Origin: a virus
Length of the DNA: 64,000 bases
Direction: 5' to 3' (one strand)
Virus record (IMG/VR): IMGVR_UViG_3300043424_000514
Span: 8,871 to 72,870 of that record
The notes under the pieces: generated by a model
Seen by the model: the letters and a program-made list of their open reading frames with translations, nothing else
Databases searched by the model: none
What the model was told of the DNA's origin: nothing
Program-made: the position numbers and the translations under genes
In this document: positions 28,712-39,200 of the stretch, piece by piece
Layout: every line of letters starts with the position of its first letter
Numbering within the stretch: position 1 is the stretch's first letter

Positions 28712-30210
28712 TGGCTATTACCGCTTCTACCGCTCCTTCATTCGATCTTAATACGGTATTTGACCCTAACTGGGAGGAGGATTCCGCTCAAAGAATTTTT
28801 TCCGGCATGGCCGACCCAGAAAAGAAGCAGGTCGATCAAACAGTTGTCGAAACTGGGGTCAAGTCGCTTCAACCTGAAAGGAGCTACACCCCTGCAAAAG
28901 AGGGCAGCGGACGATTGACCTCTGACATGACAGGAAATCCACTTGATGACTTTGAAGCCCCGCTAAAAAAAGAGGCCCCGAAAGAAGCCCCAGTAGTGGA
29001 ATCCGAACAAGACGAGCAACCGTCTATCGGTAAAATTATTGCGGACGGCCACAATTATATTTCCCAAATTAAAGCGGTGCAGTCGGGGCGCTTTGGAAAA
29101 ACAAGAGAAGTTCAACGAGAAAAGGCTCTCGATAACCAAGCGATTTTTCAGGCTTACTCGGCTATGCAGGCGCGGCTCTCGGAGCGCGGCTATGATGATC
29201 CTACTTTGGTGGCTACGCTAGGGACTTACAAAGGGGGAGGTCTCCGATCCGCGGAAGACATCGACCGGCTTTTCGAGATCAAGAAGAACGGGCTGCAATA
29301 CCAGACCAAAGAAGGAAACATTGCCAAACTCGAAAAGAACGCCCCGTGGAGCGCTATCGTGGACGCAGCCGATGAAGTCGGAGGCATCACGATAATGAAG
29401 CCGAGTGATCCTGGTAAGGACTTCGGGCAGTTGGCAGATAACCTTAAAAAAGCTGAAGACAGTTACACAGCCGTGAAAGACTCTGATGATGAAAGCGCAA
29501 AAGCGAGGGCAAAGTCGATTGTGGAGCTTTACGAGGGTCAACTAAACGCTGCAACGGAGGGTAAGTTTTTCAGAGACCGACACGCGGGCATTCAACAGAA
29601 TCTCTTAACGGCGATAAACCACTTGAATAATCCGAAGGTGAATTACAAGGGTGTGGCTTACGACCAAGTCGATAAATCTAAACCGGAGGACAATTTATCA
29701 AGCAATGATTTCTTTGAGCAAGCGGCTACGAAGGGGATGATGCCCACCGTTACAATGACGCCTACGGGCTTCAATACTGACGCGGTTGAAGAGTATGTAA
29801 ATTATTACGGTGTCGATAAAACACTAGCCGCTGCATACAATAAAAAAGGCGGGTTTGATTTTTTTGAATACTCCCACAAAGATAAAAAACTCACACCCCT
29901 TTTAGGAAAAGCGGCTGAAGCCCCTTTGCCAAAAACCGAAAGCACTTCAGGGATTGATAAAGCCCTTCAAGAAATCGAAGCCCGTGAAGCGGTAAGCTCT
30001 GCAAAGAGCCGCGAAGCGGAAATCGCAGAGATTGACGCGGAAATTGCAAGAGTTTCTTCCCTTATGACAGAGCGGCGTGAAGGCGGATTTATGCCGTCTG
30101 GATACTCGGCCCCTGTTTCGGGCCGCGCAAAAACTAAAGAAGAATTGCAGCAATCAAAACTGAAGATTCAAAAATTGGAGCAACGCAGAGCAATGCTTCG
30201 AGGCAAATAA
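28711..30210 (+). CDS. putative ejection protein
   Basis: 499 aa, charged and helical, precedes the giant virion protein. Confidence 0.5.
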   Translation: MAITASTAPSFDLNTVFDPNWEEDSAQRIFSGMADPEKKQVDQTVVETGVKSLQPERSYTPAKEGSGRLTSDMTGNPLDDFEAPLKKEAPKEAPVVESEQDEQPSIGKIIADGHNYISQIKAVQSGRFGKTREVQREKALDNQAIFQAYSAMQARLSERGYDDPTLVATLGTYKGGGLRSAEDIDRLFEIKKNGLQYQTKEGNIAKLEKNAPWSAIVDAADEVGGITIMKPSDPGKDFGQLADNLKKAEDSYTAVKDSDDESAKARAKSIVELYEGQLNAATEGKFFRDRHAGIQQNLLTAINHLNNPKVNYKGVAYDQVDKSKPEDNLSSNDFFEQAATKGMMPTVTMTPTGFNTDAVEEYVNYYGVDKTLAAAYNKKGGFDFFEYSHKDKKLTPLLGKAAEAPLPKTESTSGIDKALQEIEAREAVSSAKSREAEIAEIDAEIARVSSLMTERREGGFMPSGYSAPVSGRAKTKEELQQSKLKIQKLEQRRAMLRGK

Positions 30211-30220
30211 TTTAATTAAA

Positions 30221-33200
30221 ATGATTATTCCTTACGACCAAGTTGAGGGCTATGAAAACTACACTCCAACCCTTAACGAAGAGGAAGATAAAGAAAACCT
30301 AGTCCCTATCTCCAGCGTCCCCATGAAAATGCGGGAGGACCTTTCCCTAGGGGAGGAATTCGGGCGCGGGTTTGACCGCGGGTTGCTCCAAACCAAGGGC
30401 CTTGGCCTCGGGTTGGTGGGGGCCCTCGGCGAGGCGGCGGGGTTGGATGATGTCGAGGAGTATGGCTACACCGGAGCGCAAGAGGCGATGCAGGCTGCGT
30501 CGGCTCCTGAACTCGCAGGTGAGGTGGAGAGTATTTTCGATGTGGGGTCCCCTGGGGACTTTATGAGCTATGCCGCGGGGCTGATGGGGTCGCAGGTTCC
30601 GAACCTGGCGATCTCGGCTGTGACCGGCGGCGTGGGCGGTATGGTCGGCAAACGGGCTGTCTCCGCGGCGATCACCGAGGCTTTGGAAGCGAAGACGGCG
30701 CAACTCGTGGGCGAAGGCGTGGCGAAGGAAGTCGCCAAGCGGCAGGCGCAAGTGGCGCTCTCCCGCGAGATGGGCGTGAACATGGCTGAAAAACTTGCTG
30801 CCGAGAAAGCGGCGCAGATTGCCGCGACGAAGACGGGCATCGGCGTGGGCACGGCGGTATCCGGCGTAGGCATGGAAGTCGGCTCGATCTACTCCGAGAC
30901 TCGCGATCTGGGGCTGGCTGTGAAATACGGCGTGCCTGCCGGATTGGTGGAAGGTATCGCTGACCGATACTTTGGCGGCAAGATCGTGGACGCCATCGAG
31001 GGGACGAGCGGGACGAAGGGGCTCAAAGCAGCGGGTAAAGAATTTGTAAAAGGCATCGGGGTCGAAGGCGGCGAAGAAGGCGTGCAGACCGCGCTGGAGT
31101 TGCAGGCTCTCGAAGAATCCGGCGTGGAGCCAGGGTTCGAGTTGTTCTCGAAAGAGGGTGCCAAGCGTGTCACGGAAGGCGTGGCGGCTGGCGCAGTGAT
31201 GGGCGGTGGCATGGCTACAGGGGTGCAAGGCTTGAAGCTGGGCCTGACTCCGCTGACACAGCGGGCGCTACAAGATGTCGAGACGGGGCTTCCCCCAGGA
31301 ACCGAGACCCCAGGAACCGAACAGCAGGACACGACCGACGAGGAGAAATTTTACAACTTCTCACCAGACGCGGTGACGATCGACGACGGTGACGATGACC
31401 CGATCACGGCCCGTCGTTTTACGATCGGCACTGAGAAGGGTTGGGCAATCGACAACCCGACCGAGGAGATGCAGCGCCGACTGGTTCCCCTAGGGAACAC
31501 CGGCAAAGTGGCTCTTGTGGACGGGGGTAAAGGTTACGGCGATGCGCTCAAACACATCCTCAACAACGGCGGTCGGGTTCGTAACATCGACCCCTCGATT
31601 CTGGACAACGAGATCGCGGATGATGACGGGGAGTATGTGGGCTTGTCCTCGTTCACACAGGACAACAAGCTGGCTGCGGGCACGGGGCAGCAGCAGGGGA
31701 AAGTGCAGGGCACGGACCTTGAGATCGACGCGGAGCAGCGTGCTTTCGAGGATCAGTTAATTTCAAAATACGGCCAGCTAAACAATGTGCTGAATGCTAC
31801 GGAGTTGTTGGAATCCACAGGGGCGATGCCCCAGGGATCGTTCACCGGCTCTGAACGGGAGGCTTTGGGGGGAGGTCTGAATCAAGACGAGCGAAACGCG
31901 ATTCTTGCGGCGGTGCCTTCAAGGGAACTGACAAAATCCAAAGCCCAAGTGGAGCGACTGATCCGAGAAACGGAAGAAGCTGCGGCGAAAGAGGGGACGA
32001 CCCCAGAGCTTGAGCGCCGGTTGAACTTCCTCGCCGATGTGCAGGGGAGGATCGCGGATTTCGAGAACCTCAAGACGATGCAGCAAACCCTAGGGCGCAA
32101 GCCGCTGGAGGGTGGAGCCGCAGGGGAATTATCGGCAGGCGTTTCCAAGACTGACCCCGTAGAAGAAAAGCTCGCAGAGTGGAGCCGGATCGTGGAGGAG
32201 CGGGGGAAAGTCGATACCGAAATATCTTCACTACAAAAGCTAACTGCTCCTTCTGGTGGAGGTTCTATTTTTGATGCTCTCGACGCCTACGAGATGATGC
32301 TGTCAGATAGTCAGAAAGTTTCACAAGAAATTGCGGCGCTCAAAAAAGCAAAAGCCGACAAGAATCAAATCCAGGCGAAAATGCAGGAGCTTCGGAACAT
32401 TGAGGAGTCCGCAAGGGGGTTGATTAGTGAATCAGGCAACCAAGATTTGTTTGCAAATGAAGTTCGCAAGCAGGTTGTGGTAGAAGAAAGAAACAACTCA
32501 GCGGCTTACAAGGCATGGGACGCTTTAGTTCAGGAAGCTGACGCGCTACAAGCTGAACGGGATACTCTTGTTACTGAGGAGGACATCAAAAATTTTGACG
32601 AATCGTCAAAGGGAAAAAAACTAGAGACGATTGCTCAAAAAATCGACAAGGCTTACGAGCAAGTAGTCCCAACAGCACGACTCGCGGAGTTTTACAAAAA
32701 CGCTGCAAAAGTAGCTACTGCGAAAAGAGATGAACAGCGTCAAGTTGACCAAGCATCTCAAGAGCAAAGACTCGCTGCGGAAAATAACTTGAAGTCCGCG
32801 ACAGAGAAAAGCCGAGGACTGAACACAGATGTCGTCTATAAAACTCCTGATGGCAACACAGTCGTTGGAACCTTGGTGCCCGACCCCGAGACGGGGCGTG
32901 CATTGGACCAAAACGGGAATCTCGTTATCGCGCCGAAATCTTTTGAAGGCAGCGACAAAAGCGATTTAGTAGATACAAGAACTCAATACGGCGACCGCTT
33001 CATCCGAGTCCCCAGGGAAAATGTCTTGAACATTGTTCCAGACAAAACGGTGGGAGTGAAAACACAAGCGGCCAGCCAGGCAAAAGCCTTGGGCGTGGAA
33101 AACGCCGACCAGAATTCTCTGGCTCAGAACGCCACGGCGATTGCGGCCAAGCTCAATGAGCAATCGGAAGCCCGAGAGAAGGAACTGGAGAACTCTTTGG

Positions 33201-36200
33201 AGCCTGTCTTTACGAGAGACAACAAGGGCAAGTTGGTCCCAAGCGCGGTGCGTCGCGGGGAGACTGTCGGCTTGCGTTTAGAGGGTCGTGAGGCTTTGCA
33301 CAAGACGATGTATCTGCCAGACGGCACGACGCTCGTGCCCACCAACGCGGGAATCTTCCGTGGTGTGGAGGGGGCTGGAGTGGATCAACGAGTCGTCTTC
33401 GACCGCTACTATGTCGCCAAGCCCAAAGGGGCCAAAGCGCCTACCGCTACGAACACAGTATCGCTCCCAGTGTTGCGCCCTGGGGAGACGCTCATCACGC
33501 TAAACGACCTCTCGGACGAGCAGAAAACAAGCACTGGGATAACCCGCGCCAAAGGGGGCAAATGGAGAACCAGCGAACTTGTTTCCGAGGACCTTTGGGA
33601 CAACCTCTACAAAGCTCCTAAAGCTGCCGTCTTCGGAACAGCGAAGACGCCGGTGGGTGGAGTGCTTGCCCCTACTCAAAAGCCAACCCGCTCGGGGACC
33701 CGCATGACCCAGACGCCCAGCGTCGCGGAGACGGAAAGTGGAGACTTGGAACTTCAGGATGTTTTCACTTTTGAAGGCGACCTCACCGACGCGGAAAGAA
33801 TCTTGACTACCGCCCTGGGGAAATTTTCCGCTACCCCGACCCGCGAGGAATTGATCTCGGCGGGGTTCACGCCGACGAATGAGAAGGCGGAGTTCGAGGT
33901 GGCGCGTGGGAAGTATGCTCTGGAGGAGGTTCAGGATGTAACCATCAAAGACCCGCTCTCAGGGTCGGGCTTGGACATCCCCGTCAAAGCAGGGGTTTTC
34001 AAAGACTCCAAGAACCCCGACGCTCCGGCGCAAGTCAAGCTGTATGCCCAGTTCGACCTGAGCAAGGTGTATGCCGCGATGGAAGAATTGGAGGCCAAGC
34101 GCAAGGCCCCCGACACAGCGCAGAAAAACGCCAATATCGTCAGGGCCGAGCAATCCCTAGCCCGAGAGGTTCAGGACTTGCAGCGCCTCACGCTGGCTCA
34201 AATGAACATGGGCCTTGATGTTCGTGTCCGCGAAATCAATGGGGTGCCGGAGGCGCAGTTTCTTTCTGACTATGGGTTTGTCGCGTCGCGGAATGCGAGA
34301 GCTTCTGGAAATAAAGGGGCGTTCGGAAACCACATCATCACCGAAGTCACCTACAACCCGAACCCTGATTTCAAAAAGGGGGGAGACACTTTCCGTCGAA
34401 AGGCGCAGAGCCCAAGACAGACGCAGCAACAAGCCGCCGCAACGCTTACCAATACGACACTGCGAGGCCGCGGGTTCGACTTCAAAAAGACGGGGCTCGG
34501 GTCGGCGAATCAAATCTTAGGGAACTTCCGCCGCCAGATGCTCGACCGAGCGCAAGAGGCAAAAGAAAAAGAAGCAGAAGCAATCGAGAGTGGCTCCGAC
34601 CTTGCCGCTCGGCACGCCGAGGCTTTGGTCAAGCTCACCGCGTTCACCCGCCCGATGTTTGAACGCTACGCGGTGCCAATTCGTAAACATATCGAAGAGG
34701 CCCCAGGCTCGACGCCAGAGTTCAAAGACCGTTGGCGTATGCAAACCGAACTCTTCTTGGCGCGTGAGTTGAACAAGACGCAACTGCGGGCAATGCCTGA
34801 CTCTGTTGCGGCAGAGATGCAAAAACAGATCGAGACTAAAAAACGCAATGCTGATAAAATAGAACCTGTCCGCGGGAAGCGCCGAGTTAAAAAGAAAGGC
34901 AAGAACTACGGGCAGTTGGTCGATGATCCTTACCAGTCCGAGCGTCAATTCAAAATCCGCCGCAGAGAGTGGCAACAAAAACTCGATAGCGAAATTGCGG
35001 AGATAGAAGAAAAATTCTTTCGGCAAATGCTCCCCAGGGCGACCCGCGGCAATACGGGGGTTTCTGAAGTAAATCGCCTCACGAAAGAGATCGAGGATAA
35101 GAAAACAGCAATCCGCCAAAGCGTAGCCGCCACGAAGATCAAAGAAAAGCCGAGCGCCGAAGAAATCAAAAAGCAAATCAGCGCCGACTCAGAGGTTAAA
35201 AAACTAACCGCTTCTTTTCAACAAGCTAAAGGGGACGCAGCAAAAAAGCGTTGGAAGACCAAGCTGGAAGCTAGAAAAGCGCAGATTGAAAACAACGCAA
35301 TCGTCGAGCGCGACCCGACCGAGGGAGAGATTGAGACCGAGACCCGCAATCGAGTTCAAAAAGACCAAGACATCTACAATTTGGAGCGGAAGATCGAAAA
35401 GCTCGGGGAGTTCACGACAGCGCAAGACGCGATGATTGACGAGTTCTTGGGCTTCATACAAGCCGAGGCAGAAAAAAGCGGGAACCAAAATCAAAAAGCC
35501 CTGACAGAGAACCTTCGCCGATTGCTCGCTCGCAAAGAAGAAGCCGCAAAGGGAGGTAGAAAAGTATTTATCAATGTCCGCAAAGAGGTTGAAAAATCAG
35601 AGTCTTTTGCAGACCGCCAACTGCAAAAACAAATTAAGGCCGAAGCTAAAAAACTAGAAGCCACGGATGAAAGGGTAAAAGAACTCAAGGAAAAGCTCAA
35701 AAACGCGAAGCCTGGAAATGTTCTGCAACTAGAAAAGAAACTGCGGCTGCGAAAAGAAGCACTTCTCGAAGAAGCGGAATACCGTCTTTCCAAACAAGGG
35801 TTATTTATAGGACAAAACGACCAAAAAGCCGCCGAATCCGAAGAGCTTCTCGACTCCGCAGCTAAAGCGATGGATTCTGCACAAATCAGCGGCAACGACC
35901 GGATGTTCGAGGGTGCGGCTCAAAATTTTGCAGACCGGCAACAAGCCAATGAGGCAGAGAAGTTCTCCGACGCTGACCGAGCGATCGTCGAAGCCTTTGG
36001 CAAGATGATGGATGAGGTGAAAACCTTGAACATCTTTGGCACCACAGGGAGGGTTAAAGGCATCTTGCGACAAGGCTTCAATGAAGCAAGCAAGTTCAAA
36101 GGAGCTATCGAGAAGCAGGAGTTCGTTGACCCACAGACGGGAAAAGCTGCCGACGCGGGGAGCGACCTCGTGCAGGGAATGATCCGCGGGCAAGAAGACC

Positions 36201-39200
36201 CGCTGGCCTTTGAGAACTACCGCGAGCCTCGCAAGAAGGATGACGCGAAGCGGCAGGAATACCTAGAAGACCTCGCCGCCCTCAAACTCAGAGAACTCGC
36301 GAGGGAGGCAAATGACAAAACCAAAGGTGATGTTGACCCCAATATCGTAGAACTTGCCCTCGTAAAGCTCTTTGGCGGTAAGTTTGAAGGAGAAGTTGAG
36401 GGCAACTACATCAATGAGACTTTCGAGCCATTGGCAAAAGAATACGCCGATGTCATGGAAGACTTTTTCGCGGGCACAACCGCAAGGAAAGAACAACAAA
36501 GAATAGCTGAGATTGAAGCTGCCCGCGGCAAAGGCGAAAGGTCCACTCTGACAAAAGAAGAGTTGGAGCCGCTCAGAAAAGAATCGAGCCGCATATCGAA
36601 AATCGCCTTTGGCGTCATAGAGAATTATCTGTTCAACCCGAATACAAAACGAACCCTGTCGGGCAAGTCTTTACCGACGACTGAAAAGGTTTCTCTCGGA
36701 ATCCCAGGTGCTCCCCTTGCCAGCGCCCCAGGGGCGAACGGCACTGATGTAGCCCAGAGTAATAAAAACGCAACCGCTCAACCTGACCGCAACCCGACAA
36801 GGGAAGGATCAAAAGCGGCGGTGCAATCATTCGTGCAAGGTTATGCAGGGCTAACCGACTCCGACATGGTCGGACTTGATGATAGAGAAATCGACGCGAT
36901 CTACCAAGCGGCGACCTCGAAGGCCGATGCCGACATGGCGGCTGGCGCAGTGGACTCTGTCGTAGCTGCCACCCCAGGGATGAACGCGCTCCTCGAAATG
37001 AGCGGCAAGGATTTGATGCGCGGGTATCTCAGGGAACTCGAAGCAGAGCAGACCCGTGGAGATGCCGAGACGATCCTTCGCGAGAACCTCCGCAGGGCGG
37101 CGACAACGAAGATGTTCAAGTCGAACACCGACTTTCTGGAGTATGTCTCCAAGATGCCCCAGGGGATCAAGCGGGCGGCTGCACTTCGAGCGAAGGAATT
37201 CCTCAAGCTCAACGAGCAGCGCGGGTTCAACTGGAACAAGATCGCTACGCAGATCGCGGCGTTCGGCAAAGACGGCAAGCAGGCCACATGGGCGGGGCTC
37301 CTAGGGACCGACATGGAAACCGGCGGGCACGCCATCTTCCTGAACCTCGATCAGATTCACGAGGGCGACATCGTGGAGACGATGCTGGAGGAGATGGACC
37401 ACGCGCTCACCCACCGGATCATCAACGCGGAAGCCTTCGGCATGAAGCTGAACTCTGTTCAGCAAAGCGCCCGTGATCGTTTGAGAACGGATTTCAAACG
37501 CGCTGTGCTGAAAGCCGGAGAAGGCATGACCGAATTGGCCGAAGGAGCCCGTGGGTTGACGCCGGAGCAGAAGGTGGCGTTCTACTCGAACGCCTTCAAA
37601 GACATGGTGGCGGAAAGCCCCGATCAATTCCGTGCCTACTACAACCTTACGAACCTCGACGAGTTCGTGGTGGGCATCAAGAAGGACGGCAGCTTTATCG
37701 ACTTGCTCAAGGAACTTGGCTTCAGTGAAAAAGCCGAGGGCGGCTTCTCGATCTCGCAGCTCCTCAAAGACATTTTCACCTCGCTGGCGGAACTCGTCAC
37801 AGGGCGCAGGCTGGATGCAAACTCCGAGCTTGCCCGTGCGTTCTCCGACGCTTGGACCCTCTCCACAGGGCGCGATGCGAAGCAATGGACGGTGCCCCCG
37901 ACCCAGCTATCCATGGCCCTAGGGGTCGAGGCGGCAAGCACCAGCAAAGCGACCGGCAGCAATGAAACCGTGCGGATGCGTAAGGACGGCGGCACCGCCG
38001 TTTACAACGCCTACCTGCAACAGAACGAAGACGGGTCGTGGTCGGTCTTTGGAGAATTCGGAGACCCCACTAGGAAGCTCCAGCGTGCCGAGAAAAGCAA
38101 AGGCAAGCTCGATTACGAACAAGCCAAGGCGGTTTTCGACAAGACGGTTGAAGCCAAGTCCAAGAAATACTCGGTGATTCCTGAAGGACCAGAAGGACCT
38201 CAAGGACCAACGGGACCGAACGAAGGTCCTCAAGGCCCCCAAGGGCCACAAGGTCCACAAGGTCCCGCCGTGACTCCGCGGGCGCAGAGAACCCCAGGGG
38301 AATATGGTCGCAGCTTCCTGCCGCAATCCGCCCCAGGGCGGCGGTCGAATGTGACCAGGTTCAACGAACTCACCGCCGATCTGCAAGGGCGCAATCTTAC
38401 TCAAACCGACCTCGATGCTTGGAAGAACGCTAACCCTGAGAAGTATGCAGAGCTTGAAAAAATGCGGGAGGATGCGATTAAGTCCTCGGCAAGCAATAAC
38501 GGGCAAAAGGTATTCGGCCCGCTGTGGCACATTTCCAGTGAGACAGGACTTTCCGAAAACAGGTTTGACCCGAATAAAATAGGGAGCCAAACAGATAGCG
38601 GGTATTTAGCCAGAGGGTTTTATTTTGCCGGAAGTGAAGATGAGGCAAGAAACTCTGTCGGCCTCCAAACATCGAGGTCGGGAAAAGCATACCGAGTATT
38701 TGTAGGGTTCAAAAATCCTTTAGAAGTAACCCTACAGTCAAATTCGGTTGGAAACTGGCAATACAACGATGCTAATAAATCAGTTATAGAACAGCTTGCA
38801 AAAATCGTAACGCCTCAAAAATGGAATGAATTCTTAACCAAGTATAATTATAGCGCAGAAGAACTCAAAGAGCTTGGGTTAAGGCCCCCCTCCGAAATAA
38901 AAAATAGAGATTTAAGTTTCTATAATTTTTCGCTCAACGCTTACAACGAGTTGTTCAACTTTTTAGGGATAGATGGGATTGTTACTAAACTTAAAAATGG
39001 GGCTCCATTTGAAGTTGTAGGACTATCCACAGTAAAAAACCCAACCTTCAACCCTAACCAAATCAAGTCCGCCGAGCCGCTTAACCTTGAAAACGGACGG
39101 CTCATTCCGCCGACCGAGTGGGCGCAGCCGGAGAATCCAAACATCCTATACTCCGCCCCAGGGCGGCGGTCGAATGTGACCAGGATGCTCCTAGGGAAAA

